Both the position numbers and the translations under genes were made by a program. Source: Candidatus Daviesbacteria bacterium (GTDB lineage Bacteria; Patescibacteriota; Microgenomatia; Daviesbacterales; UBA10151). Taken from it: 64,000 bases of DNA. The notes beneath the pieces are model-generated. The model had not been told where the DNA came from. It ran no database searches and worked only from the letters and a program-made list of their open reading frames with translations. The DNA lies in assembly GCA_030699125.1 (NCBI GenBank), contig JAUYKM010000016.1, positions 12,845 through 76,844 of the forward strand, written 5' to 3'. Positions 29,820 to 39,762 of this stretch are shown piece by piece; the stretch's first letter is position 1; every line of letters starts with the position of its first letter.

Positions 29820-31061
29820 TCAATTAGAAGCTGTAATTTTTATTAATTCAGGGAGAGTAATGAACTTAATTTCTTTCTCTGATCTTTTTTTAATTTCTAA
29901 TTTATCTTCAGTTTTTTTGGAAATTACTACTCTGTATGGAATTCCAATTAAATCACAATCCGCAAATTTTTCACCTGCTGAGGTATTTTCTCTATCATCA
30001 AATAACACTTCAATTTTTTCTTTTTGAAGCTCAGCATAGACTTTTTCAGCGTGATCCTTTACATCAGGATTTTCCAAATCCAATCCCACCAGATGAACTT
30101 GGAATGGTGCTACAGACTCAGGCCAAATAATCCCGCGCTCGTCATGGTGTACTTCCACAATGGTACCCATTAGTCTACTGATCCCAATCCCATAACAACC
30201 CATTACTACCAATTGATCCTTGCCATTTTTATCTTTGAAAGTCAGATCAAAAGCCTCTGAGAAACGGGTCTTCAAGGGAAAAATATTCCCCACCTCTATT
30301 ACTTTGACTTTTTTTAAGGGGCCGTGACCTAAGTCACACTCTTTTCCTTCTTTAACTTCAGTTATTTCCACATTCTCACTAAAATCTCCTCCCGGACAAT
30401 AGATAATTTCATCTTCACCAGCCTCAGCTATGACTTGATATTCGTGAGAAAATTTGGAAAAACTACCTCCTCCTGCTTTTGTTTCTATAGCATCAAGACC
30501 GCACCTTTTAAAAACTTCCCGGTAAGTTTTTTTCATAACCTTATAATATTTATCAAAGTCTCCTTCATCGCTGTGGAATGAGTAGAGATCTTTCATCAAA
30601 AACTCCCGTCCTCTTAAGATGCCGGATTTGGCCCTTGGTTCATCTCGGAATTTGGTCTGGATTTGATAAAGAGATAAGGGTAAGTCTTTATAAGAACTTA
30701 TTAGTTGTTTTACCAAGGGCACCAAAACTTCTTCATGTGTAGGACCTAGGGCATATTCTGCCTCATATCTGGACTCCACCTTAAAAAGTGCATCAAATGA
30801 ATCCCATCTTCCGGTCTTCTGCCAGTTTGATTTATTTTGCAAAGCAGTCAAAAGTATCTCCTGTCCTCCGGCATTATTCATTTCCTCTCTAACAATATTT
30901 GCTATTTTAGTCAGTACAATTAGGCCCAGCGGCAAAAAATTATAAACCCCTGCTACCTCTTTTCTGATAAACCCACCGCGCATCAACAGTTTGGCATTTA
31001 CTGACACTTCATCTTTAGGATCTGTTTTAGAAGTTTTTCCAAAAAGTTTAGAATATTTCAT
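29820..31061 (-). CDS. proS: Proline--tRNA ligase (short form without an editing domain)
   Basis: LGPTHEE, QTKFRDEPR, RGREFLMKDLYSF and MGCYGIGISR motifs. Confidence 0.97.
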   Translation of the reverse strand: MKYSKLFGKTSKTDPKDEVSVNAKLLMRGGFIRKEVAGVYNFLPLGLIVLTKIANIVREEMNNAGGQEILLTALQNKSNWQKTGRWDSFDALFKVESRYEAEYALGPTHEEVLVPLVKQLISSYKDLPLSLYQIQTKFRDEPRAKSGILRGREFLMKDLYSFHSDEGDFDKYYKVMKKTYREVFKRCGLDAIETKAGGGSFSKFSHEYQVIAEAGEDEIIYCPGGDFSENVEITEVKEGKECDLGHGPLKKVKVIEVGNIFPLKTRFSEAFDLTFKDKNGKDQLVVMGCYGIGISRLMGTIVEVHHDERGIIWPESVAPFQVHLVGLDLENPDVKDHAEKVYAELQKEKIEVLFDDRENTSAGEKFADCDLIGIPYRVVISKKTEDKLEIKKRSEKEIKFITLPELIKITASN

Positions 31062-31103
31062 TAATGATCCCATTGTACTTTTTTTAAGAAAATTTGTGAA
31101 GAG

Positions 31104-32186
31104 TCAGGGGATGATTTTTTTGATATCTGAGAAAGCTACCAGAATTGACAAACCAATTAAAATAACAAAACCAACTGTATGAATAATTCTTTCTATTTCC
31201 GGATGAACTTTTCTTCTAGTTACTGCCTCTATAATAAGGAAGAAAAGTCTGCCTCCATCTAAGGCCGGAATGGGCAATACATTAAAAATTGCCAAAGTTA
31301 AAGATATTACTCCGGTAAACCAAATGTATGGCAGAACTGCTCCCACACTAATAAAGCTATCTGTGATTCTCGCCAAACCAACTGGTCCTGCCACCTGCTG
31401 GGAGGCTTTTTCCACATTACCTGAGGCAACATCACCTATCAATCTTCCTAAGCCCGTGAAAGTTATTCTGGTTAAATCATAAGAATAACTAATTCCGGAA
31501 AAAATTTTCTCCGGTAGAGTTTGATAGATTTTAATGCCGATGGGAGAAAAAACAACCCCGATTAATTTTTCTCCATCTTCTGTTTCTTGAGGGCTAACTG
31601 TCACTTCTCTCTTGAAATTTCCATCCAGATCAGCAATCTGCAAGGTTAGTGGTTGTCCATCCTTTTCCTTAATGACGGAAACAGCCTGTTCAATATCTTC
31701 CATTTTCTTTCCATCAATTGATAAAATCCGATCTCCAACTAGTATACCTGCACCTTGAGCCGGGAATCCTTCTTCTACTCTGGCAATGGATACAATCGGA
31801 TCAGGTGTGGGATAAATAATTCTAAAATTTTGATTAATGATAACTGTATAAAATAAGACCCAGGAAAGAACCAAATTCATGACTACTCCTGTTACAACCA
31901 CTATCATTCTTTTATTAACATGGGCCCTGGCAAAAGACCTCGAATCATTTAATTTATCTTTATCTGTCTCATCCTCACCTGTGAGTTTGACAAAACCTCC
32001 CAGAGGTAACCAGTTTAAAGACCAGACAGTTTCTCCTATTTTTTTGCCAAAAATTCTCGGGGGGATGCCAAAACCGAATTCTTCTACTCTAATGCCAAAT
32101 CTTTTGGCCATGATAAAATGACCAAATTCATGGATAACAACAAGAATTAAGAGGGTTATTATAAAAATTATAACGCTGATAACCAT
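31104..32186 (-). CDS. rseP: RIP metalloprotease RseP (site-2 protease with PDZ domain)
   Basis: HEFGH, LPLGGFV and NVLPIPALDGG motifs. Confidence 0.95.
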   Translation of the reverse strand: MVISVIIFIITLLILVVIHEFGHFIMAKRFGIRVEEFGFGIPPRIFGKKIGETVWSLNWLPLGGFVKLTGEDETDKDKLNDSRSFARAHVNKRMIVVVTGVVMNLVLSWVLFYTVIINQNFRIIYPTPDPIVSIARVEEGFPAQGAGILVGDRILSIDGKKMEDIEQAVSVIKEKDGQPLTLQIADLDGNFKREVTVSPQETEDGEKLIGVVFSPIGIKIYQTLPEKIFSGISYSYDLTRITFTGLGRLIGDVASGNVEKASQQVAGPVGLARITDSFISVGAVLPYIWFTGVISLTLAIFNVLPIPALDGGRLFFLIIEAVTRRKVHPEIERIIHTVGFVILIGLSILVAFSDIKKIIP

Positions 32187-32740
32187 TATATTTGTGTTAA
32201 TTCCTCTTCCTTTGCTTTCCCCAAACTTTCTATTTCCACTATGGCTTTATCTACCAATTCCTGCAGGAGTTTTTCCCTTCTGAAAAACTCGTCTTCACTA
32301 AACTCTCCGTCTTCTTGTGAAGCTTTCCATAAATTTCTAAAATCCTGCCTGACTTGTCTTATTTCAACTCTTGCCTCTTCTATTTTTTGATGCAAAATTT
32401 TAGTAAACTCTTCCCTTCTTTCTGCAGTTAAAGGCGGTATAGGGAGTCTAATTAAAGTCCCTTCATTAGATGGATTCAATCCTAGGTTTGCTTCCTGAAT
32501 AGCTTTTATGACATTTTGTAAAATGGCTGCATCCCAAATTTGGATTGTTAAAAGAGAAGGCTGCGGAGCAGAAATATTCCCTAACTCGATCAGTTTCATT
32601 TTCCCTCCATATGCTTCAACTGCAACATTTTCAATTAAACCTGGATTTGCTCTACCGGCCCTGATAGATGCAATTTCCATTTTATAATGATGTAAAGCAG
32701 CCTCTATTTTTTGGTTTGGTGCAGTCAGCACTGGTTCCAT
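32186..32740 (-). CDS. frr: Ribosome recycling factor
   Basis: IRAGRANP, LGLNP and IPPLTAERR motifs. Confidence 0.96.
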   Translation of the reverse strand: MEPVLTAPNQKIEAALHHYKMEIASIRAGRANPGLIENVAVEAYGGKMKLIELGNISAPQPSLLTIQIWDAAILQNVIKAIQEANLGLNPSNEGTLIRLPIPPLTAERREEFTKILHQKIEEARVEIRQVRQDFRNLWKASQEDGEFSEDEFFRREKLLQELVDKAIVEIESLGKAKEEELTQI

Positions 32741-32743
32741 GAT

Positions 32744-33193
32744 TTATTCTCCCAATGCAATTCTTTCAAATCTGCCTACCTGGATATTTTCTCCCAATTT
32801 GCCACTAATTGATCTAACCAACTGATCCACAGTCTGAGAATTATCTCTAATATATTCTTGTTTAAGTAGCTCTTCAACAGATGATGGATTCATAGAGGCA
32901 ATTTGTAAGGCCAGCTCATGAGCTAAATTTTTAAAATCCTCTAGTCTCGCTACAAAATCTGTTTCACACAAGACTTCTACCAAAACGCCCACTTTCCCAT
33001 TATGTGAGTAAACATCCACCATTCCCGTCCTTACTTCTCTGTCTCCTTTTTTGGCTCCCTTTTCAAACCCTTTTTTCTTTAAATACTCCTTGGCTTTTTC
33101 CATATCTCCAACAGATTCAGAGAGGGCCTCCTTACAATCAGCAATGCCGGCCCCTGTCTGTTCACGCAGTTGTTTTACGAATTGAATATCCAT
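32744..33193 (-). CDS. tsf: Elongation factor Ts (short form)
   Basis: VKQLREQTGAGIADCKEAL and CETDFVAR motifs; 149 aa. Confidence 0.95.
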   Translation of the reverse strand: MDIQFVKQLREQTGAGIADCKEALSESVGDMEKAKEYLKKKGFEKGAKKGDREVRTGMVDVYSHNGKVGVLVEVLCETDFVARLEDFKNLAHELALQIASMNPSSVEELLKQEYIRDNSQTVDQLVRSISGKLGENIQVGRFERIALGE

Positions 33194-33252
33194 ATATTTC
33201 TACCGTGTTTCTACTGTATATACTACCAAGATATTCATTGCTTCAAAACTTT

Positions 33253-34092
33253 TTATTCTATAATCCTTTCTGCTTCTTTAACAGCTTCCTTCTCCACCTT
33301 TTCTTCTGCTGCTTCTACTTCTGCTGCTATTTCTCCCTTAACCTCCATCTCATCCTTAACTCTCTGCTTTTCTTCTTTTTTCTCTGCTGCTAATTTTATT
33401 TTACCAGCTTCTTTTTTACCTTCTCCATAAGCAGATGAAATTGTGTCAACCAAAATTTTAATTGATTTAATGGCATCATCATTGCCGGGAATTGGATAAT
33501 CAATTTCCACTGGGTTGGAGTTGGAATCAGCAATGGAGACCACTGTAATTCCCATTCTTCTTGCTTCTCTTATGGCAATATTATCTGAAACTGCATCTAC
33601 TACAAATAGAACATCCGGTAAAGTCTCAAAATCGACTACCCCTTTATAATCTCTTTCTAAATTGGCAATTTTTCTATCAATCAACAGTTGTTCTTTTTTA
33701 GTATATTTTTTAAGTTCTCCCTTTTCTTTTTGCTGCTTTAAATCTTTTAATTTTTTGATATTTTTTAAGACTTCATCAAAATTGGTCAAATATCCTCCCA
33801 CCCATCTTTCAGTAAAGTATGGGACTTCTAGTGATTCGGCTGCTTCCTCTACAATACTTCTGGCCTGTTTTTTAGTTCCCACAAAAAGCAGACTTTTGCC
33901 CATCTTTCCCAGGTTATAAACAAAGTCACAAGCCTCTTTTAAAAATTGGTCAGATTTGGTTAGATCAATAATGTGGACCCCATCCCTGGCACCATAAATA
34001 TATGGCTTCATCCTAGGATGGCCGCGTCTAACCTGGTGTCCAAAATGAACACCAGCTTCTAACAATTCCTGTAAGGTAGGAGTTTTCAACAT
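33253..34092 (-). CDS. rpsB: 30S ribosomal protein S2
   Basis: LLEAGVHFGH, RWVGGYLTN and PIPGNDDAIKSI motifs. Confidence 0.98.
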   Translation of the reverse strand: MLKTPTLQELLEAGVHFGHQVRRGHPRMKPYIYGARDGVHIIDLTKSDQFLKEACDFVYNLGKMGKSLLFVGTKKQARSIVEEAAESLEVPYFTERWVGGYLTNFDEVLKNIKKLKDLKQQKEKGELKKYTKKEQLLIDRKIANLERDYKGVVDFETLPDVLFVVDAVSDNIAIREARRMGITVVSIADSNSNPVEIDYPIPGNDDAIKSIKILVDTISSAYGEGKKEAGKIKLAAEKKEEKQRVKDEMEVKGEIAAEVEAAEEKVEKEAVKEAERIIE

Positions 34093-34176
34093 AGTCTCTT
34101 ATCCTCCTCATAGCCAATATGGCTTGCCCCGTACCGAATGGTACTGGGGTCAGAGACTAAAAAGCTATGAGTGTGT
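34093..34176 (-). ncRNA. Structured rpsB leader (S2 leader/t44-like) with a predicted pseudoknot
   Basis: CTCATAGC/GCTATGAG (34164-71 with 34107-14) and AGTCTCT/AGAGACT (34152-58 with 34093-99) pairings cross; upstream promoter TTGACT-17-TAGAAT. Confidence 0.65.
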
Positions 34177-34247
34177 AATAGAATATATTCTACAAATTAC
34201 ACTCTTAAAAGTCAATTTAATTGCAAATTGGCCACAAACAACTTATC

Positions 34248-34688
34248 TTATCTCTTTATTTTAAAGATAATACTATCTAGATGGTCAATCGCTCTCAAGT
34301 ATCCTTCTCTTAATTCTTTTGGTGTTTGACCGTTTAACTCGGTAAGGCTATCCTGAAACATCATCAGTAGTCTTAAAAATTGTCGCTCCTGCATGTCTCT
34401 TATTTGTGGATCAGGGCTTTTTGGATAATCATATGCAATATAATCGGATAATCCGATAAGACCCTGTTGCCTATATCTACTTAGCTTCATCCTGTCCACT
34501 AATTGGTGATCTCTTATACATAGACGAGCAAAATTTTCCTGACTCTTTACGATTGTTGATAAAACTAATCTATGATCTTTACCAGTTTTAACAGGAATAA
34601 TATGATCTCTAGTTAGGGGATTACTCGTATAATCAGTATTTTCCGGGCAGACTAGACATCTTTCAATGCTTCCTAAAAATATTTCCAT
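34248..34688 (-). CDS. HNH-endonuclease-like protein
   Basis: CLVC...TRDHIIP...N...LCIRDH pattern. Confidence 0.55.
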   Translation of the reverse strand: MEIFLGSIERCLVCPENTDYTSNPLTRDHIIPVKTGKDHRLVLSTIVKSQENFARLCIRDHQLVDRMKLSRYRQQGLIGLSDYIAYDYPKSPDPQIRDMQERQFLRLLMMFQDSLTELNGQTPKELREGYLRAIDHLDSIIFKIKR

Positions 34689-34692
34689 GCTT

Positions 34693-35184
34693 TTATCGCT
34701 CCAAATCTAAAAATTTATATTTCAATCCGTCACTTTCATGTTTTTCTTCAAACACCACTTTTTTAAAATCAGAATAATCCGGGAAAAAGGTGTCTGCCTG
34801 GGGATTTCCTTTCACAATAGTTAAGTACAATTTATTAGCTCTTTTAATTGCCTGCTGATAAATCTGGCCCCCACCGATGATGAACACTTCTCCGCCGGCT
34901 GGCGGCTTCTCTTTTTCTTTGACCATCTTCATTGCCTCATCTAAAGAATGTACTGCTAGTACCCCCTCCACATAATAATCTAGATCTCTGGTAATAATAA
35001 TGTTCGTTCTATTTGGTAAAGGATGTCCGATGGATTCAAAAGTTTTTCTGCCCATGATAATCACATGACCCTCTGTTAACTTTCTAAATCTTTTTAAATC
35101 ATCCGGAATACGATAAATTAGTTTATTATTTTTCCCAAGTGCTTTATTGCCAGAGGCAATCACCGCAATCAAGGATATTTTCAT
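34693..35184 (-). CDS. folA: Dihydrofolate reductase
   Basis: DLKRFRKLT, IMGRKTFESIG, PLPNRTN, IIGGGQIY and ADTFFP motifs. Confidence 0.97.
   Translation of the reverse strand: MKISLIAVIASGNKALGKNNKLIYRIPDDLKRFRKLTEGHVIIMGRKTFESIGHPLPNRTNIIITRDLDYYVEGVLAVHSLDEAMKMVKEKEKPPAGGEVFIIGGGQIYQQAIKRANKLYLTIVKGNPQADTFFPDYSDFKKVVFEEKHESDGLKYKFLDLER
34892..34905. repeat. Palindromic element family E (CCGCC-N4-GGCGG), in frame in folA
   Basis: CCGCCGGCTGGCGG; encodes PPAGG; similar to 49302 and 53360. Confidence 0.65.
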
Positions 35185-36143
35185 TAAAAACCTCCAACAA
35201 CAGTCACTTCACCCTTGATGGGTGGGTAGGGATCATATCCTTCCAAAGTAAAATCCTCAAATTTGAAATCATCAATATTTTTAACTTTAGGATTTATCTT
35301 CATTTTTGGAAAAGGTCTTGGCTTCCTTTTCAATTGCTCTTTAACCTGGTTAAAATGGTTACTATAAATATGCACATCACCGAAGGTAAGAATAAACTCT
35401 CCGATTTTTAATCCCACAATTTGAGCAATCATCATTGTAAAGAGTGCATATGAGGCAATATTGAATGGTACCCCCAAGAATAAATCTGCGCTTCTCATAT
35501 AAAGCTGTAAAGATAATCTATTTTTCCGAGTATTTAACTGATAAATAGTATGACAGGGAGGCAGAGCCATTGATTTTCCGGGAGCTGCCATCTCATATAT
35601 AAATTCCGGATTCCAGGCAGAAACGACAATTGATTTTCGAAAAGGCGTGGTTTTCAATTCATCAAGAGCCCAGGCCAATTGATCTATCACCCTGCCATCC
35701 GAAGTTTTCCATCTCCTCCACTGAACCCCATAAACATTTCCCAAATCCCCCCACTTTTTAACAAAAGGATGATTAACTGGCAATTCTTTCATTTTCTGTA
35801 TGAATTCTTCATGTGTTAAACTTTTCACTTTTCCCTTCGCACTTTGCACTTTATATGATTTATAAGCCCACTCATCCCAGATATGTACATCCTGATCCAC
35901 CAAGTATTTAATGTTTGATTCCCCTTTTAAAAACCAAAGTAGTTCATGAATAATCCCTCTTAAAAAGACTTTTTTGGTGGTTAAAAGCGGAAAACCTTTT
36001 GACAAATCAAATCTAAATTGCCTTCCAAAAACAGATCTAATATGTACACCTGGATTATTAAAAACCGGTTTGTTAGTACCATTTTTTAAGATGTCTTTTA
36101 AAAGATCCAAATATTGGTATTCTTCGTGTCTTTGTTTTGCCAT
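35184..36143 (-). CDS. thyA: Thymidylate synthase
   Basis: [23 protein letters not shown] and [16 protein letters not shown] motifs. Confidence 0.98.
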   Translation of the reverse strand: MAKQRHEEYQYLDLLKDILKNGTNKPVFNNPGVHIRSVFGRQFRFDLSKGFPLLTTKKVFLRGIIHELLWFLKGESNIKYLVDQDVHIWDEWAYKSYKVQSAKGKVKSLTHEEFIQKMKELPVNHPFVKKWGDLGNVYGVQWRRWKTSDGRVIDQLAWALDELKTTPFRKSIVVSAWNPEFIYEMAAPGKSMALPPCHTIYQLNTRKNRLSLQLYMRSADLFLGVPFNIASYALFTMMIAQIVGLKIGEFILTFGDVHIYSNHFNQVKEQLKRKPRPFPKMKINPKVKNIDDFKFEDFTLEGYDPYPPIKGEVTVVGGF

Positions 36144-36144
36144 A

Positions 36145-36729
36145 TCAAACCTGCCTTTCTACTTTTTTTGGGGAAACCCTTCCACCCTGATGTTGTCCTC
36201 TGTATCTAGTAGTTTTTCCCTCTATCTTATGGAAGATTATATTACAAATTCTGGCTCCAAGTTGTAATTTTACAGGAAAAGGTGAAAGATTGGTAAGCCC
36301 CATTGTCAGTTTTCCTACATACCCGGGGTCTGTTTTGGAATTTAGGAGCAGTAACCCGGATCTAAAAAGTGAAGTCCTTGGGTGCAAGATAGGCATCAGG
36401 TCAGAAGGTGTATTTACTTCCTCAAAGGTTTGCACCAAGTAGTATTCTCCTGGTTTTATAGTAACCCAAACTTGATCTTCATTTTCCTCATCAAACTTAG
36501 CAACCTCTTTTGTCTCCACTCCTTTCCTTTTACCATAGCCTGCTTGTCCTGAGCTTGTCGAAGGGTCCACTTCTATATAAGCCCCGCCTTTGATAATTTT
36601 ATGTATTGATCCAAGTCTTAAATCTATACCCACCCCTTCCGGGTTTTTAAGTTCTCTCTTACCTAAATTTTTAATAAGAGAATGCTTCTTTATTCTTTTA
36701 TGAATTTCGTTTATTCCTAGAACGGACAT
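36145..36729 (-). CDS. dCTP deaminase/dUTPase-family protein (second paralog)
   Basis: MSVLG start, [24 protein letters not shown] and YRGQHQG motifs. Confidence 0.8.
   Translation of the reverse strand: MSVLGINEIHKRIKKHSLIKNLGKRELKNPEGVGIDLRLGSIHKIIKGGAYIEVDPSTSSGQAGYGKRKGVETKEVAKFDEENEDQVWVTIKPGEYYLVQTFEEVNTPSDLMPILHPRTSLFRSGLLLLNSKTDPGYVGKLTMGLTNLSPFPVKLQLGARICNIIFHKIEGKTTRYRGQHQGGRVSPKKVERQV
36547..36565. repeat. Palindromic element family D, in frame
   Basis: TCCTGAGCTTGTCGAAGGG; encodes PSTSSG. Confidence 0.75.
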
Positions 36730-37357
36730 TTTTTCTTTTCCCCCTGATATTTGATACTTCCGGTAATCTGGAACCACCATATCTATTGTTGGGTGAATTT
36801 TTGTATGACCTTTCAACAGAAGAAGATAATTTTTCAAATGAAAAAGCACAGATTGGGGATCCTTCATAAATAACCAATTTTTTTCCCTTTAGAAAAGTGC
36901 CAAATTCCAAAACCGGATGTCCATCCCAACCAGGGTCAAACCTGGCTGCAGTGGAGTGCACTACCACTCCCAGTCTGGCCAGAGAAGATTTTCCATGCAG
37001 ATGTCCTACAATATCATTTGGCAAAGTTAATCTTTCTTTGGTGGTGGCTATCACAAAATCGTGTTCTGTTAAAATAAATGGTTGGCCCATCTTTAGTTCC
37101 ACTAGTCTCATCATTGATTCCATATCTTCTTTGGTGGCAAATTTAGTATCAATGGTATTTAAACCTTCATCTGTAAAAACTCTTAATTTATTTCCCAAAT
37201 GAAAATCTATAGTAACTTCATCAACCTGACTTTCCCAATTCTTGGGAAGGGGATCAATTTTTATCAGTCCTTTCTTGATATGTTCTCTAATTGACCAATC
37301 AGGAAGAGTTCCTGAAATATCGGCAGTATTTTTTTTAGAGGTTTTTTTCCTTGCCAT
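36698..37357 (-). CDS. dcd: dCTP deaminase
   Basis: IDFHLG, GKSSLARLG and DPGWDG motifs. Confidence 0.9.
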   Translation of the reverse strand: MARKKTSKKNTADISGTLPDWSIREHIKKGLIKIDPLPKNWESQVDEVTIDFHLGNKLRVFTDEGLNTIDTKFATKEDMESMMRLVELKMGQPFILTEHDFVIATTKERLTLPNDIVGHLHGKSSLARLGVVVHSTAARFDPGWDGHPVLEFGTFLKGKKLVIYEGSPICAFSFEKLSSSVERSYKNSPNNRYGGSRLPEVSNIRGKRKNVRSRNKRNS

Positions 37358-37399
37358 AATTTTTATGCTTACCCAATTTAACGATTTGAGTTATTTTTT

Positions 37400-38056
37400 T
37401 CAAGAGGGCAGTTTTTTTGATATGACTTTTATCAATTCTCGAAAAATATCATTTTTATTTCTCAAGTTACCATCTCTCATACAATTTATTACTTCCCAAT
37501 TTTTTTCATCTTGAGATAATTTAAGATAAATTTTTGCAGCTTTTCCTTCATGAACAAGATTTTCTTCATGGATATCTTTCAGATGATCCTTTATGGCATT
37601 TTGCTGACCTACTTTCGCGTCAAGTTTTAAGAGAATTGTTAAATTTGGTTTTGGCATTCCATTTGTCTGATATTCCAGTTCCTCTAACCACTTAAGGAAA
37701 TTTTCTCTTTCTTTATCAACTAAATTGGCTCCCTGGTGAGCCTTATTAGAAGAAATATACCTATTGGCAATCACCAATTTCCCCTGATCTAACCACCCTC
37801 TAATAAGATCTCTAGCCGTTAATCTATCATTGGCATAAAGTTTGGCAATTGAGTATGGATCCAAATCTTCAGTCAGACCCATTTTTCCTTCTAAATATCT
37901 TTTAATTTGTACAGTATATTTATTTTTACCATACTGAGGAAAAGAAATAATTTCAAAAGGAATATTTTTTTGTTTTAAATATTGGGAAAGCAAGTCAATT
38001 TGGGTGGTCTTACCAGACCCATCTATCCCATCTATAACAATCAGCTTACCTTTCAT
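37400..38056 (-). CDS. tmk: Thymidylate kinase
   Basis: IVIDGIDGSGKTTQ, LYANDR and NRYISSNKAHQG motifs. Confidence 0.93.
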   Translation of the reverse strand: MKGKLIVIDGIDGSGKTTQIDLLSQYLKQKNIPFEIISFPQYGKNKYTVQIKRYLEGKMGLTEDLDPYSIAKLYANDRLTARDLIRGWLDQGKLVIANRYISSNKAHQGANLVDKERENFLKWLEELEYQTNGMPKPNLTILLKLDAKVGQQNAIKDHLKDIHEENLVHEGKAAKIYLKLSQDEKNWEVINCMRDGNLRNKNDIFRELIKVISKKLPS

Positions 38057-39663
38057 AACTTCACTTTTGATGCAGCTTTGACAAAGCCTACGAATAATGG
38101 GTGAGGCGCGAGAGGTCTGGATTTTAATTCCGGATGAAATTGAGTGCCTATAAAAAACGGGTGATTTTTAAGCTCAATCACTTCCACTAATTTTCCATCA
38201 GGAGTTGTTCCCGAAACCATAAATCCTTTTTTCTCCAACTCATCTTTGAATTTATTATTAAACTCATATCTGTGTCGGTGTCTCTCGGAAATATCTTTTT
38301 TCCCATAAAGAGAGCAAGCTATACTTCCCTCCTTTAATACACAATCCCATGCCCCGAGTCTCATTGTAGCTCCATAGTTTCTCTCCAACAGCTTTTTCTC
38401 CTGATCCGGCATAATATGGATCACTGGATAGGCAGTTTTGGGATCGATCTCTGTGGTGTTGGCATCTTTGTATCCTAAAACATTTCTGGCAAATTCCACC
38501 GTGGCAAGCTGCATGCCGTAACATAAACCAAAATAAGGAATCTGATTTTCTCTGCAATATTTTATGGTAACAATTTTTCCTTCAATATCACGCGATCCAA
38601 AACCACCCGGTACTATAATCCCCTGAAAACCTTTTAGGATACTACCATCTTTCAAAACTTTCCCTGCATCAACCCAGTGGATCTCCGGCTTTAACCCTTG
38701 CGTCCAGGAAGCATGTTTAATTGCCTCAATTACTGATACGTATGCATCAGCCAGGGTATAATCCCCTGTTGCAAAATATTTACCAACAATGCCAATTTTT
38801 ACCACTTTCTTTGAATTATCAATTTTGGCAACGAAATCTTTCCAATCTTTTAGATCCTTTTGACTTTTCTTTAATTTTAATTTGCCTAAAATTTTCTGAA
38901 CTAAATTTTGCTCTTCATATCCTAAGGGAACTTTATAAATGCTGTCTACATCCGGGGCTGAAATTATGTATTCAGGATCCAAACCGGAGGAAACAGCCAA
39001 TTTTTTGCGTCTGAATTCATCTATTGGTTTTTCAGCTCGGGCTAAAATAATATCCGGTTGAATCCCTACCGCATTTAAATCTCTAACAGACATCTGAGCC
39101 GGCTTTGATTTTAATTCTCCAATTGAGGGAGGCACTGGTAAATAAGTTATATGAACATGAATCACATCATCGTGTTTTTTAAGTTTTAAAAGCCTGTTTG
39201 CCTCTAAAAATAACATATTTTGATACTCGCCTGCTGTTCCCCCAATCTCTACTAATACAACATCTGCATTCCTCATCTTTCCGGCTTGATGAATCCTTTC
39301 TATTATCTCCTCAGTCACATGATTAATATCCACAAATTCTCCGTCATATTCCAAATTTCTTTCTTTTTGTAAAACTGTCAGATAAATTGAACCTTGAGTA
39401 GCAATATTATTTTTATCCAAAGATTCATTTAGGAATCTTTCATAATGACCCAAGTCCTGGTCTGTTTCTATACCATCATCCAAGACAAACACCTCACCGT
39501 GTTCTATTGGGTTCATAGTGCCGGCATCAACATTTAAGTAGGGATCCATTTTTAAGGGAGAGACTTTAAATCCTGCTGATTTTAAAAGAAGGGCAATTGA
39601 GGCAGTAGCAATACCTTTACCAATTCCACTAATAACACCACCACTGACAAATATGTATTTCAT
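38053..39663 (-). CDS. pyrG: CTP synthase
   Basis: GGVISGIGKG, DPYLNVDAGTM, GLCYGMQ, ERHRHRYE and QFHPE motifs. Confidence 0.98.
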   Translation of the reverse strand: MKYIFVSGGVISGIGKGIATASIALLLKSAGFKVSPLKMDPYLNVDAGTMNPIEHGEVFVLDDGIETDQDLGHYERFLNESLDKNNIATQGSIYLTVLQKERNLEYDGEFVDINHVTEEIIERIHQAGKMRNADVVLVEIGGTAGEYQNMLFLEANRLLKLKKHDDVIHVHITYLPVPPSIGELKSKPAQMSVRDLNAVGIQPDIILARAEKPIDEFRRKKLAVSSGLDPEYIISAPDVDSIYKVPLGYEEQNLVQKILGKLKLKKSQKDLKDWKDFVAKIDNSKKVVKIGIVGKYFATGDYTLADAYVSVIEAIKHASWTQGLKPEIHWVDAGKVLKDGSILKGFQGIIVPGGFGSRDIEGKIVTIKYCRENQIPYFGLCYGMQLATVEFARNVLGYKDANTTEIDPKTAYPVIHIMPDQEKKLLERNYGATMRLGAWDCVLKEGSIACSLYGKKDISERHRHRYEFNNKFKDELEKKGFMVSGTTPDGKLVEVIELKNHPFFIGTQFHPELKSRPLAPHPLFVGFVKAASKVKL

Positions 39664-39712
39664 TTATTTTGGGGAATCCGTCTAAATATGAGGTATTTTC
39701 GAGGCCCTCAAT

Positions 39713-39749
39713 ATAATACTAAATTCCGTTGATACTTGCAAGTATCAAC
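39713..39749 (-). promoter_or_regulatory. pyrG-operon promoter with a perfect 22-bp palindrome over the -35 box
   Basis: TTGCAA-17 nt-TATTAT on the minus strand; GTTGATACTTGCAAGTATCAAC at 39728..39749. Confidence 0.6.
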
Positions 39750-39762
39750 TCCAGGTTACAGT

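Noticed and set aside
34201-34247. Looked for stranded 3'-end duplicates after other accessory genes (behind folA, purA, rarA, cysS, mreB)
   Set aside because: None was visible by eye; the pattern is supported only at the two TA loci.
36730-36867. 46-aa N-terminal extension on the second dcd-like ORF
   Set aside because: It overlaps upstream dcd; the family-like start is MSVLG at 36729.
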